Shown: positions 36,181 to 45,529, counted from the first letter of the stretch. The stretch is 62,904 nucleotides of DNA from Candidatus Tayloriibacteriota bacterium (GCA_009694955.1 SIBZ01000003.1:1-62904); one strand, 5' to 3'. Notes: a model not told the origin generated them from the sequence alone. Translations and numbers: made by a program.

Positions 36181-37239
36181 TTACTGCGCAATCGAGTATC
36201 TTCCCTCTTTGTCTTTCTTGAAAAATTTTGGGTTCTGCAAGTTTACGAGAATCGTATTTTCCTTCACGTAGCGCTCCTTTAGGACCTTACTCACGATATC
36301 CTCTTTGGTAAGCGGTCCGCTCTTCTCAATAATTTTCCGTATAACATCCTTTACCACCCCGCTCATATATCCCCATTCAGCAAGCGCATAGAGACCACGA
36401 CCGACGAGAATAAAGCGGGAATCTTTAATCAGTTCATTGTGCGTCGTGGCCACGTGCGCTTTCCTGCCAAAAAGCTTTTCGATGGATTTCGCAACCTCAC
36501 GGAAGTGGATGGGAGAGCCGTGCTTCCGAAGAACCAAAAAGGCGTAGTCGCGCATACCTTTCGCGCGGATGTTCGGTGATGTGTGGAGACCCCACTCGCC
36601 GAGCGGATTCTTCGCAATGACCTTGGAAAGGTTAAGGTATCGGCGGACAATGCTTTCGTGTTTCAAGTGGTCCGCAACATCCTCAACGTGAGTTAAAAAC
36701 TGGGCAATAATGTCGAGTTCCGAGACGAGGTCGTTGTCGTTTAGGCTCTTGTAGAGTTTTCGAAGAGCGTCACGCACCTTACCTGCAAGAGACTCGTCAA
36801 TATACCAGCGGTGTTTAAAATGCTCGTCTTCCTTTTCCTTCTTGAACGCTTCTCCAACAACGAGCAAAAAGTGAATATGGTTTTGCGCGCTTTTGTCCGG
36901 TGAGGCGTGAGGAAGAAGTTCTTCTTCGGCAATGATGCCGCCGAGCGAATGAATGAGTTGTTCAAGTTCCGAAAACACCGGCTTTTCCTTCTGGTACGCG
37001 AGCGCCTTGCGGATACTCATCAGCGCGTAATTCTCAATCTGGCGGACACGCTCACGGGTAACGCCGTATTTCTTGCCGATAGCTTCAAGAGTCATCTTTT
37101 TAGATGACTCTCCAAGTCCATAGCGACTCACAATCACATCACGAGCGCGATCCGGAAGAGCTGAAAGCAAGCGTTTAACCACCTGCTTCGGCTTGAAGGT
37201 AAGGGCTGGAGGCGTCGTTATCGTGATTGTCTTGTTCAT
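36181..37239 (-). CDS. Sigma-70 region 4 domain fused to a C-terminal HARE-HTH-like domain, 352 aa
   Basis: MTLEAIGKKYGVTRERVRQIENYAL (region 4.2 HTH). The C-terminal FLVLRKHGSPIHFREV...VGRGLYALAEWG resembles the RpoE-delta/HARE-HTH fold. Confidence 0.6.
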   Translation of the reverse strand: MNKTITITTPPALTFKPKQVVKRLLSALPDRARDVIVSRYGLGESSKKMTLEAIGKKYGVTRERVRQIENYALMSIRKALAYQKEKPVFSELEQLIHSLGGIIAEEELLPHASPDKSAQNHIHFLLVVGEAFKKEKEDEHFKHRWYIDESLAGKVRDALRKLYKSLNDNDLVSELDIIAQFLTHVEDVADHLKHESIVRRYLNLSKVIAKNPLGEWGLHTSPNIRAKGMRDYAFLVLRKHGSPIHFREVAKSIEKLFGRKAHVATTHNELIKDSRFILVGRGLYALAEWGYMSGVVKDVIRKIIEKSGPLTKEDIVSKVLKERYVKENTILVNLQNPKFFKKDKEGRYSIAQ

Positions 37240-37319
37240 ACGTATGTGCTCCGCCTTCGACGGACAGAACCTGTAGTTAAGCCTGCCATTTGGCAGGCGG
37301 TTGCTAGTCTTTGTTTCCT

Positions 37320-37348
37320 ATTTTTAACATATTCACAATTCCTGTCAA
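37320..37348 (-). promoter_or_regulatory. Candidate sigma-70-type promoter for 36181..37239
   Basis: Minus strand reads TTGACA, a 16-nt spacer, then TAAAAA. About 80 nt upstream of the ATG, with a gcctgcc/ggcaggc hairpin in the leader. Confidence 0.35.
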
Positions 37349-37482
37349 GTCCTGCAAAATTCTGAAGCTTTGACCACGGGAGTCTTTACGCATTTGATAA
37401 AAAACAGTTTAATACGTTGTTCAAGAAAATGCAAAAGTTCCCCCTCCCACCCAAAATATGTGTATGGAAGCTTCGTGTGCCA

Positions 37483-39951
37483 TCAGGAATCCTTCACGAC
37501 GATGTTCAACAAACGGTCCGGCACCACAATCACTTTTACAATGGTCTTACCCTCAGTCCATTTCCGTACTGACGACAGCGCGAGCGCAATTTCTTGTATT
37601 CGTTCATTAGGTTCGCCTCTCTTTGCGGTAAAGCTTTCGCGGGTCTTGCCGTTCACCTGCACGATGATTGTAATAGGCGCACTCGTGGCGATTTTTTCAC
37701 TGTACTCCGGCCATGACTCGGAATGAATGCTTTTCTTGTAACCAAGATGTCCCCAGAGCTCCTCAGTGAGATGGGGAGCGAAGGGAGCCAAGAGTTTCAG
37801 AAACGTTTTGAACGTTTCCGCTGAAATAGCTTCCTTTCCTTCAAGTGAATTGAGTAAAATCATCAGACCACTGACAGCAGTATTGAACCGGAAGGCCTCA
37901 ATATCCTCCCCTACCTTCTTTATTGTCTGGTGCAGGAGCGAAGCTGACACGAGTGCCGTTTCATCAGCGGTTTCCTTACTGATTTTTTCGCGGAGTTTCC
38001 AGACACGCTCCAAAAAACGTCGGGACCCGACAAGGCTGTCGGAATTCCACGCAATCGCCTGATTGAACGGCCCCATGAACATCTCATACACCCGAAGCGA
38101 ATCGGCACCAAAGCGGTCTACGATTTCATCTGGGTTCACCACATTACTAAAACGCTTGCTCATCTTCCTTCCATCCGAGGCAAGAATAAGTCCGACGTTT
38201 TGAAGGCGCTGAAATGGTTCCTCCGTACTGACCGCACCAATATCGAAGAGGAATTTATGCCAAAAACGTGCGTAAATAAGATGCCTTGTGGCATGTTCAG
38301 CTCCTCCCACGTACATATCCACGGGTTGCCAATATTTTTCCGCTCTTTGTGAGGTAAACCGCTTTCGGTTTTTCGGGTCGGTATAGCGAAGATAGTACCA
38401 GCACGAACCCGCCCACTGCGGCATTGTGTTGGTTTCGCGTTTTGCCGGTCCTTTGCACTTTGGGCACTTCACATTCACCCACTTTTCAATTCTCGCGAGT
38501 GGTGACTCCCCTGTTCCCGCAGGGGCGTAGGACTTCACGTTCGGAAGCTTCACCGGCAGGTCCTTCTCGGGAACGGGAACGACGCCGCACTTTGGACAAT
38601 GAATAAGTGGAATCGGCTCACCCCAGTAGCGTTGGCGTGAAAATACCCAGTCGCGGAGCTTGTAGTTCGTTACCGTCGTTCCCCCGACAAAAGAGGCGAT
38701 TTTCTCCTTTGCATCCTCATTTAACAATCCGTCAAATTGGCCTGAGTTAACAAGTAGACCACCACCGAGATGCACAAAACCTGACTTACGAATACTTTCA
38801 ATCTTAGCTTCGGTGAGACCAGGAAAAATCTCAGCCACGGAATTAACTTGAGCTATAACGGGTTTAATTTTTAGGTCAAATCTTAGAGCAAACTGTAAAT
38901 CCCTCTGGTCGTGTGCGGGCACCGCCATAACCGCCCCTGTTCCATAGTCAGCAAGAACATAATCGGCTATCCAAACAGGAATCTCTTCCTGGTTGACAGG
39001 GTTAATTGCCTTTATTCCCATCAGCTGTACTCCAGTCTTTTCCTTTCCTTCCGCCGTTCGTTCAATCTGTGTTTTGTTTTTTACCTCAGCTTGATACTTT
39101 TCGACCTCTTCAAAATTTGAAATCAAAGCCTCAAGTTTTTTCAGAATAGGATGCTCAGGTGCGAGTATGAGATAAGTGACTCCAAACAGTGTATCCGCCC
39201 TGGTGGTGAAGACTTTTATCTTCTCTTCAACTTTCAACTTTAAACTTTCAACTTTAAACTCTATCTCCGCTCCCTCAGAGCGTCCTATCCAATTGCGCTG
39301 TGATTCCTTGATATATTCAGGCCAGTTAAGGGTATCGAGACCGGAGAGAAGCCTGTCGGCGTATTTTGTTATGCGAAGCACCCATTGCGGAATGGGACGT
39401 TTCTCGACAACGGAGCCGCAACGTTCGCACGTTCCGTCCTCCAAGTCCTCGTTGGCAAGGCCGGTCTGGCACGAAGGACACCAGTTAATCGGCTCGTGGG
39501 ATTGGAATGCAAGACCCGCTTTGTACATCTGGAGGAAAATCCACTGCGTCCACTTGTAGTAGCCGGGGTCGGTGGTGTTTATCTCTCGGCTCCAGTCGTA
39601 GTTGAAGCCGATTTTTTGAAGTTGGGACTTAAAACGCTTGATATTCTTTTTTACCGCGACCGCCGGATGAATCTTGTTCTTTATCGCATAGTTCTCTGCG
39701 GGAAGTCCAAATGCGTCCCAGCCCATGGGGTGCAAAATGTTGTAACCCTGCATTCTTTTGAGGCGAGAGTAGACGTCCGTCGCGATGTACCCCTTAGGGT
39801 GACCGACGTGAAGCCCGTCGCCCGATGGGTACGGGAACATATCAAGAACGTAGGATTTCTTTCCGTTACCCCGTTTGGTCTTATACAGATCGGTGGATTC
39901 CCAGACCTTCTGCCATTTCTTTTCAATTTTGTTGTGGTCGTACTTATTCAT
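37483..39951 (-). CDS. leuS: Leucyl-tRNA synthetase
   Basis: FPYPSGDGLHVGH (HIGH), KMSKRFSN (KMSKS) and a CP1 editing insertion. 822 aa. Confidence 0.97.
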   Translation of the reverse strand: MNKYDHNKIEKKWQKVWESTDLYKTKRGNGKKSYVLDMFPYPSGDGLHVGHPKGYIATDVYSRLKRMQGYNILHPMGWDAFGLPAENYAIKNKIHPAVAVKKNIKRFKSQLQKIGFNYDWSREINTTDPGYYKWTQWIFLQMYKAGLAFQSHEPINWCPSCQTGLANEDLEDGTCERCGSVVEKRPIPQWVLRITKYADRLLSGLDTLNWPEYIKESQRNWIGRSEGAEIEFKVESLKLKVEEKIKVFTTRADTLFGVTYLILAPEHPILKKLEALISNFEEVEKYQAEVKNKTQIERTAEGKEKTGVQLMGIKAINPVNQEEIPVWIADYVLADYGTGAVMAVPAHDQRDLQFALRFDLKIKPVIAQVNSVAEIFPGLTEAKIESIRKSGFVHLGGGLLVNSGQFDGLLNEDAKEKIASFVGGTTVTNYKLRDWVFSRQRYWGEPIPLIHCPKCGVVPVPEKDLPVKLPNVKSYAPAGTGESPLARIEKWVNVKCPKCKGPAKRETNTMPQWAGSCWYYLRYTDPKNRKRFTSQRAEKYWQPVDMYVGGAEHATRHLIYARFWHKFLFDIGAVSTEEPFQRLQNVGLILASDGRKMSKRFSNVVNPDEIVDRFGADSLRVYEMFMGPFNQAIAWNSDSLVGSRRFLERVWKLREKISKETADETALVSASLLHQTIKKVGEDIEAFRFNTAVSGLMILLNSLEGKEAISAETFKTFLKLLAPFAPHLTEELWGHLGYKKSIHSESWPEYSEKIATSAPITIIVQVNGKTRESFTAKRGEPNERIQEIALALSSVRKWTEGKTIVKVIVVPDRLLNIVVKDS

Positions 39952-40024
39952 AGGTGGCTTGACCCGGTAGAAGTGTCCAAGAGAGAGCGTAAATTCTAAC
40001 CGTGTCGTCGTCTATATCGAAGTC

Positions 40025-40052
40025 ATCATACAATCTTTCGTACCTTTTTCAA
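40025..40052 (-). promoter_or_regulatory. Candidate promoter for leuS
   Basis: Minus strand reads TTGAAA, a 16-nt spacer, then TATGAT. About 75 nt upstream of the leuS ATG. Confidence 0.35.
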
Positions 40053-40128
40053 AAGGGGCTCGAATCGTGCCCTACATTCAGAAAGAAAAATGCCAACAGG
40101 AAAGACCCGTCGGCACCAGTGCACACCG

Positions 40129-40299
40129 TTAATTAGTGTGTGCTCGAAATATAAGATATAAAACCATACCGGCAAAAGTGAGGATAGCCATTATTGCAGG
40201 CCAAACCGCATTTTTGGCAGTTCCCCCTACATGCGGTGAATATGGTTCTGCGGAGTGCGTTGTTCGAAAGAGTGTTCCAAGAGGTAGCTTTCTTTTCAT
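40129..40299 (-). CDS. Possible unannotated tail-anchored small membrane protein, 56 aa
   Basis: Hand translation gives MKRKLPLGTLFRTTHSAEPYSPHVGGTAKNAVWPAIMAILTFAGMVLYLIFRAHTN-stop. It is followed by a hairpin and T-run at about 40090..40118. Confidence 0.3.
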   Translation of the reverse strand: MKRKLPLGTLFRTTHSAEPYSPHVGGTAKNAVWPAIMAILTFAGMVLYLIFRAHTN

Positions 40300-40424
40300 G
40301 GCAAGATTTTGTGCTTCGTTTTCTCAAGCTTCCGGATACCCTTGAAGCAGTACTGGAAGTTACTTCTAAAAGACTAGCAAGGCTGCAATATCTTGTCAAA
40401 GTAGCTATTTTGTTGTCTCTTTGT

Positions 40425-41522
40425 TTATATTTTGAATTCAATCACATCGCCATCTTTCACAATATATTCTTTTCCTTCCGTGCGTAGGCATCCTTTTTCC
40501 CTCGCTGCGGCATAAGAACCGACTTCAAGTAACTTATTCCATTCGATTACTTCTGCCCTTACGAATTTATCTTTGAAGTCTGTATGAATTGCGGTTCCCG
40601 CAAGCGGAGCGGTCCATCCACGTTCTATCACCCATCCGCGCGTTTCGTCTTCTCCTGTAGTGAAGTAGGTAATGAGTCCAAGCATATCGTAACCGGCTCG
40701 AATCAGGCTGTTTACCCCGTCGTCCTTTCCACCAAGCTCCTTTCGGAACATTTCTTTCTCCTCCCCCACCAATTCCTTGAGGTCTTCTTCAATCTTCGCG
40801 TCAACCAAAACGTAACTTGAGTTCGTGCTTTTCAAAAACTGCATCAACTTCTCGAAGCGGGGGTCACCGAGTTCGTCAAGATTCTTACCTCCGCCCTTCT
40901 TGTTCAGCACATACAAAATTGGCTTCACGGTTAAAAGGTTGAGCTGTTGTATCAACGGCCTCTCAAATTCGCTTAGTTCCACTGTTCGGGTAAGTTTGCC
41001 GTCTTGAAGTGCTTTTTCCAGCCGAGCTAATGCCTCATTTTCAATTATCGCGTTTTTTACTCCTTTCTTGATGTCGGACTTGATGTTGTGCAGGCGTTTA
41101 GAAACCGTCTGAAGGTCGGCGAGAATAAGTTCAAGGTTAATAACTTCGACATCCTTCAGCGGGTCAATTTTGTTGTCGACATGAATAATATCGGAATCTT
41201 CAAAAATACGGACGACTTCCGCGATTGCATCGGTCTCTCTGATATTGGTCAAAAACTGGTTTCCAAGTCCCTCACCTTCTGATGCTCCTTTGACTAACCC
41301 CGCAATGTCGACAAATTCTACCGACGCGGGAACCGTCTTTTTTGATTTGCTGAACTCGGAGAGTTTCCAAAGTCGGTCATCAGGTACGGCGACAACGCCA
41401 ACCGACGGGTCAATCGTGGCGAATGGGTAGTTGGCGGCGAGCACGCTCTTTTTGGTGAGCGCGTTGAACAACGTGGACTTCCCCACATTCGGCAACCCGA
41501 CAATTCCGATGCTCAAAGACAT
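40425..41522 (-). CDS. ychF: Redox-regulated ATPase YchF (Obg-family GTPase)
   Basis: GIVGLPNVGKST P-loop, DIAGLV, a TGS-like C-terminal domain and a GDV..F.. ending. Confidence 0.93.
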   Translation of the reverse strand: MSLSIGIVGLPNVGKSTLFNALTKKSVLAANYPFATIDPSVGVVAVPDDRLWKLSEFSKSKKTVPASVEFVDIAGLVKGASEGEGLGNQFLTNIRETDAIAEVVRIFEDSDIIHVDNKIDPLKDVEVINLELILADLQTVSKRLHNIKSDIKKGVKNAIIENEALARLEKALQDGKLTRTVELSEFERPLIQQLNLLTVKPILYVLNKKGGGKNLDELGDPRFEKLMQFLKSTNSSYVLVDAKIEEDLKELVGEEKEMFRKELGGKDDGVNSLIRAGYDMLGLITYFTTGEDETRGWVIERGWTAPLAGTAIHTDFKDKFVRAEVIEWNKLLEVGSYAAAREKGCLRTEGKEYIVKDGDVIEFKI

Positions 41523-41563
41523 AGCTGATTAGCTTACTAGCTTCTTAAGCGTTTAGCAAAAGA

Positions 41564-42154
41564 TTAGTAGGCAGTGTGACCCCAGTGGTGGAACCTACGT
41601 TTCCATTTTTCAACCTTTTGCTCACTGATGAATTTCAGCGGGCCGATTTTCTTTACCCACACCCTGAATCCCGAGAACCAGAGGGTTCCCTTTCGGATTT
41701 CGTTGGTCGTATCGCCAAAAATAACACGTGCAAGAAAAGGTGGCGAATCCGAAAGCACGAACACCCTGGCAGTCTTTCCTCTCAAAAGTGGCTTCCACAA
41801 AAGTCCGGCAAAAGGGCCGGTTTTATAGAATTGATACGCAAACTTCGGAAGCCATATACGGTCAAACATACCTTTTAGGAGTGCGGGCATCGTTGACCAC
41901 CACGATGGATACACAATGACAAAATGGTCCGCCCAGGCGATATCTTCCTGAAGCTTCAGAAGGTCGGGTTCGAGTTCCTGCCGTACCTTGTATCCTTTGT
42001 GCAAAATCGGGTCAAAGGAAAGCTCGCCGAGGTTGGTACGCCGGACCTCGTGACCGCGTTCCTCCGCGCCATACGCATAGCTGGTCGCAAATTCTGAACT
42101 CAAACTATCGCTGTCTGGGTGCCCCACAAGAACAAAAATTTTTTTCTTTTTCAT
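41564..42154 (-). CDS. Flavodoxin-like-fold NAD(P)H oxidoreductase (NQO/KefF/MdaB-like)
   Basis: KIFVLVGHPDSDS N-terminus and YPSWWSTMPALLKG motif. Confidence 0.78.
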   Translation of the reverse strand: MKKKKIFVLVGHPDSDSLSSEFATSYAYGAEERGHEVRRTNLGELSFDPILHKGYKVRQELEPDLLKLQEDIAWADHFVIVYPSWWSTMPALLKGMFDRIWLPKFAYQFYKTGPFAGLLWKPLLRGKTARVFVLSDSPPFLARVIFGDTTNEIRKGTLWFSGFRVWVKKIGPLKFISEQKVEKWKRRFHHWGHTAY

Positions 42155-42156
42155 TA

Positions 42157-42843
42157 TTACGAGGAAATATCAGTAAACAAAGTGACTGACGGGAGTGTTT
42201 TCAAAAACATTGCCGGAAAGTCGTGAATGGGTCTCCGACCATCCAGAAATGTCAGTAGTGCTTCCGCTTTTTCTCTTCCCACAGCGTACAGTATAACATC
42301 TGATGCCTTTGCTATAAGACTACATGTTGCGGTGACGCGTTCGGGAAACGGTCCGTAGCCGGTTTTGTATCCTACCGCAAGGGTATCCGGCGTAAAAAAT
42401 AGTTTTTGAAAACTATCCGCGTCCGAAAACGGGACAATACCGGCTGTGTGACCATCAGAACCCATTCCAACAGTTACTACAATCTTTCCTGTTGGATATT
42501 TCACCCTCCAGTCCTTTAAGAATGTATCAAATCGCTTCCCCGCTTCTTCTACTGCTCCGCCGAAAGGGTCGAAGACCGTAGCTCCCATTTTTTTAAGTGC
42601 GAGAAAATATGCAGTCTTCTGTAATTTACAGAAATTCCTATTTGTCTCGTCTTCGGTGTAGTGTTCGTCCAGTACCGAAACAGTGAGTTCTGCATTTTCT
42701 GAAAGTATCGATGGCTCCACTAGTGCGAGAGCCGATCCACCCGAAGACAAAAAAAGCACCGGAATATTTTTGTATTCCTTAAAAAGCTTAGCGAGAGCAT
42801 CGGTTGCCTCTTGTTTTGGGTTTGTGGAGTAGATGACTTTCAA
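42157..42843 (-). CDS. 6-phosphogluconolactonase / glucosamine-6-phosphate isomerase family protein
   Basis: LSSGGSA and GMGSDGHTAGIVP motifs. The only in-frame start is TTG at 42843. Confidence 0.72.
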   Translation of the reverse strand: MKVIYSTNPKQEATDALAKLFKEYKNIPVLFLSSGGSALALVEPSILSENAELTVSVLDEHYTEDETNRNFCKLQKTAYFLALKKMGATVFDPFGGAVEEAGKRFDTFLKDWRVKYPTGKIVVTVGMGSDGHTAGIVPFSDADSFQKLFFTPDTLAVGYKTGYGPFPERVTATCSLIAKASDVILYAVGREKAEALLTFLDGRRPIHDFPAMFLKTLPSVTLFTDISS

Positions 42844-43012
42844 TAGAGTTAATGTCCCTTCCCTTCAGGCGAGGAAGTTTTTTATGTGGTGTTTTTTAAA
42901 AAAGGCAGAACTCATTTTGCGGAGAACCACGAAAACTACGATGTGACTGAAAACTATGACGGCCAATGGTTCTACATCAATTACTACATTGACCAGTATA
43001 AAAGCTATATTA

Positions 43013-43645
43013 TCATGTCCTTTCAATTAAAATCTTGGCTTCAACAATAATATTATTTTTGAATTTTATTCCAAGCCATTCATCATCAGTAGATACAAAT
43101 CTCCGTTTTGGTCCCAACCAATACACATAATCATAATCGCTAAAGTAACCAGTTGGTTTAGGAACACCCAATAACTCATCGACCTGATTTTTCGACATAC
43201 CCACAAGCTCATGTTTCCTGAGCAAGTCATCTACCATTCTAAGTCGTATCGAGTTCTCCCAATTGTCTACTAACTGTTCATCCTTCCACGAAGCAGAATC
43301 AAATTGTGTTCGGTGAGCATAGTCAGAAATAACTGGCACTAAAAAGAGGTAACCAATTATAGAAACATAGACGAGAGCGAGTCCGAGAAAAAAAGAAAGT
43401 GATCGTGCGAAGTTTCTTTTTAAAATATCGACAATAAAGACGATTCCCAACACAACCCAGGGCGAATAAGCAAGAAAAGATGCGATATGTCCTAGAACTG
43501 TTGGCTGAAAATCAAAGCCGACGAATCTTAAACCCTTTAGCCAATAACCTTGTATGAAAAAATCGGCAACGAAAACTACTATACCTAAACCAAGAAAAGT
43601 GAAAAATGTTCTCTTTGTAAAATGAAAATATTTTGTCATACTCAT
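43013..43645 (-). CDS. Polytopic membrane protein, 210 aa, in a markedly AT-rich stretch
   Basis: ORF track. Three to four TM segments plus a soluble C-terminal part. Confidence 0.6.
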   Translation of the reverse strand: MSMTKYFHFTKRTFFTFLGLGIVVFVADFFIQGYWLKGLRFVGFDFQPTVLGHIASFLAYSPWVVLGIVFIVDILKRNFARSLSFFLGLALVYVSIIGYLFLVPVISDYAHRTQFDSASWKDEQLVDNWENSIRLRMVDDLLRKHELVGMSKNQVDELLGVPKPTGYFSDYDYVYWLGPKRRFVSTDDEWLGIKFKNNIIVEAKILIERT

Positions 43646-43701
43646 TTCATTAAATTCTCAATTGCGACATCAGGGGCTCTTGCGTCAGATAAGTGTGACA
43701 A

Positions 43702-43965
43702 CTACCCTTTCTGGATCTCTAGGCAGTCGAATAGTGACATGTAAACCTCTTTAAAGAAAATCGGTAGTCGCGCATTAGCCCGGCTGATTACATGATAACA
43801 GTAGTCTCCACTGTTGTGTGACAAGCTCCATCCATCCATGTATGTCACGTCTTTTTGAACCGGTGAGCCTACCATTACCCAGGTTTTGCGCAAAGAACGC
43901 ATTCCACTCTCTACCAGGCACTCAACCCCGACAAGCTTGTCGCGCAGATTTCTTCGGCGAAACAT
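43702..43965 (-). pseudogene. Truncated remnant of an IS200-like/REP-associated (Y1) tyrosine transposase
   Basis: GDYCYHVISRANARLPIFFKE matches the conserved N-terminal YHV..RGN.R..IF block of Y1 transposases/RAYTs. The ORF stops about 15 aa later, so the catalytic HUH and Tyr regions are missing. Confidence 0.4.
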
Positions 43966-44147
43966 ATGTGAGTCCTCAAGGGTTTTTATCAGGCACTGAG
44001 AATTATGGTCACGTACGAGGGGGTTCTTGCAATTATTATATATTTATGTTCTAATCATCTATAGATGGTCCTCCTATATTTATGGCCGCAATGGACATAA
44101 AAAAGGAGGTATCGATAACAAAACCAGTGAGACATAGGAGAAACATC

Positions 44148-44693
44148 ATGAGTAGCCAGAGTAGCTTGTACATTACTGCTAAGAATAGTGTTACTGACTC
44201 AGTCGTTGCGCCAAAGGGAGGCATTCTTTGCATCCTCTACCCGTACGTGGAAGTTGAATGGGATATGCCTTGGAGGGATCAGGTGAGGGGCGCCGGACCA
44301 AACACAGACGAAAGTGGCAACATTTGGAATGTTGGCCATCTCTATCAGCCGGACGGAACGATGGATATTAAACCAAGACTTATTTTGCTCAACTATCCGA
44401 ATGGTGGTGGGAATTTGCCTAAAGCACTGAAATGGGCGCGAAGCCAAGGCTTGGAAAATACTTGGCCGCAAGAAGCCTTCGCGATCGGCAAGCAACATCC
44501 CGAATTTAGGGAAAACGTCAAACAGGGACTTGCAGTAAATGTTGTAGCAACTACTAAGTGTGTTTTTCTAGAGCCCAAACGTACGTTGGTCTGCTGTGTC
44601 TGGTTTGGTAAAAAAGCTGGTTGGCGTCAGGCAGCCACACACGGTCCAGAACAGTTTTGCTCGTTATACACGTGGTTTGCCTTTCGTAGGTGA
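44148..44693 (+). CDS. Hypothetical protein, 181 aa
   Basis: ORF track (44082..44693). ATG 44148 is preceded by taggag. Followed by a strong terminator. No family recognised. Confidence 0.55.
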   Translation: MSSQSSLYITAKNSVTDSVVAPKGGILCILYPYVEVEWDMPWRDQVRGAGPNTDESGNIWNVGHLYQPDGTMDIKPRLILLNYPNGGGNLPKALKWARSQGLENTWPQEAFAIGKQHPEFRENVKQGLAVNVVATTKCVFLEPKRTLVCCVWFGKKAGWRQAATHGPEQFCSLYTWFAFRR

Positions 44694-44714
44694 CCGACTC
44701 TAAAAAAGCATCGG

Positions 44715-44748
44715 CCGGGTTCGTTCACGCGAACCCGGTCAATTTTTT
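44715..44748 (+). terminator. Intrinsic terminator
   Basis: ccgggttcg / cgaacccgg 9-bp stem, then tcaaT6. Confidence 0.75.
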
Positions 44749-44875
44749 ATACTTTTGGGCATTTGTGCTTGGGACATTCCTGTGCGAATCTTTCTCTCAT
44801 GTCAGCGCCGAACGTAAACGTATATCTCCAGAAGACTGGAAGCGAGAGTAACCTGTCGCTAATTAGCCTAGCTGA

Positions 44876-45376
44876 TTATATAATAACAGTAGTCTCCATT
44901 GCCTGTATTGACTGAATATCGATTTGCTGATGGTCGCCATCAAGTAATTTTTTGTAGGCAACTAAATCTTTTTTGGGAATTACTGGTACCTCTAATCCCA
45001 AAAAAGTTCTGTTTACTGCTTTAGAAAAATCGGTGCTGAAGTCAATCCATGTATCACGGTTTTTAGTAGAGATTTTAGCATTTCCGCCACCAATATCTAT
45101 TTCTTGCCCAGCATAATCTAGGGTTACAAGATATAAATCCCATTTTCGATCAATATAGTGTTCGGGACCATACATAATATATGGTTTTACATCTGCCCTT
45201 ATTTTTTCAAAGCAATCTTCCGGTATACGTATATCAATGTCATTCAATTCTCGCGGGGAGCCATAAATTTTTGCCGCACAACCTCCAGAAATTTGAAATG
45301 GTACTTGATGCTTTCTTAAGACACCAACAATCCATTCTAAAGCCTGTTTCGTGTCTCTCTTGAGTTTAGGGCTCAT
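44876..45376 (-). CDS. Minimal nucleotidyltransferase-fold protein (Lnu/ANT-like layout), 166 aa
   Basis: ISGGCAAKIYGSPRELNDIDIRI (G[GS]..x..DxD NTase motif) followed by a second acidic EIDIGGG segment. AT-rich. Confidence 0.6.
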   Translation of the reverse strand: MSPKLKRDTKQALEWIVGVLRKHQVPFQISGGCAAKIYGSPRELNDIDIRIPEDCFEKIRADVKPYIMYGPEHYIDRKWDLYLVTLDYAGQEIDIGGGNAKISTKNRDTWIDFSTDFSKAVNRTFLGLEVPVIPKKDLVAYKKLLDGDHQQIDIQSIQAMETTVII

Positions 45377-45458
45377 ATAGGTATCTTATCAAATCGCCAA
45401 CCGACACCCCGATAGCTTTCGCCAATGTTGCCCTTTCGGACGGAGAAGTTTCAATTTG

Positions 45459-45529
45459 TGGACCTGGGGGGAATCGCACCCCCGATTCGACTATGCCATA
45501 GTCGCGTGTTACTACTATACTACAGGCCC
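45459..45529 (-). tRNA. tRNA-Ala (anticodon GGC)
   Basis: Hand-folded. Acceptor GGGCCTG/CAGGTCC with a G3:U70 pair, anticodon stem CGACT/AGTCG with loop ATGGCAT, T arm GGGGG-TGCGATT-CCCCC (G at position 55). CCA is not encoded. Confidence 0.8.

Noticed and set aside
40133-40441. 102-aa minus-strand ORF between ychF and leuS
   Set aside because: Its composition is Cys/Ser/Thr/Arg-rich, it overlaps the ychF 3' end, and it has no motif. An alternative 56-aa frame with a clean TM helix and terminator is more plausible.
42850-43012. Direct repeat of the tRNA-Ala 3' end that would delimit the putative island (attL/attR)
   Set aside because: I searched by eye for tggacctggggggaatcgcacc-like sequence at the far boundary and found nothing. 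The island boundaries therefore remain undefined.
42884-43050. Plus-strand GTG-started Tyr/Asn-rich ORF of about 55 aa (..ENHENYDVTENYDGQWFYINYYIDQYKSY..) preceded by gaggaag
   Set aside because: It has a non-ATG start, overlaps the 3' end of the 210-aa membrane-protein gene, has low-complexity composition, and cannot be supported without comparative data.
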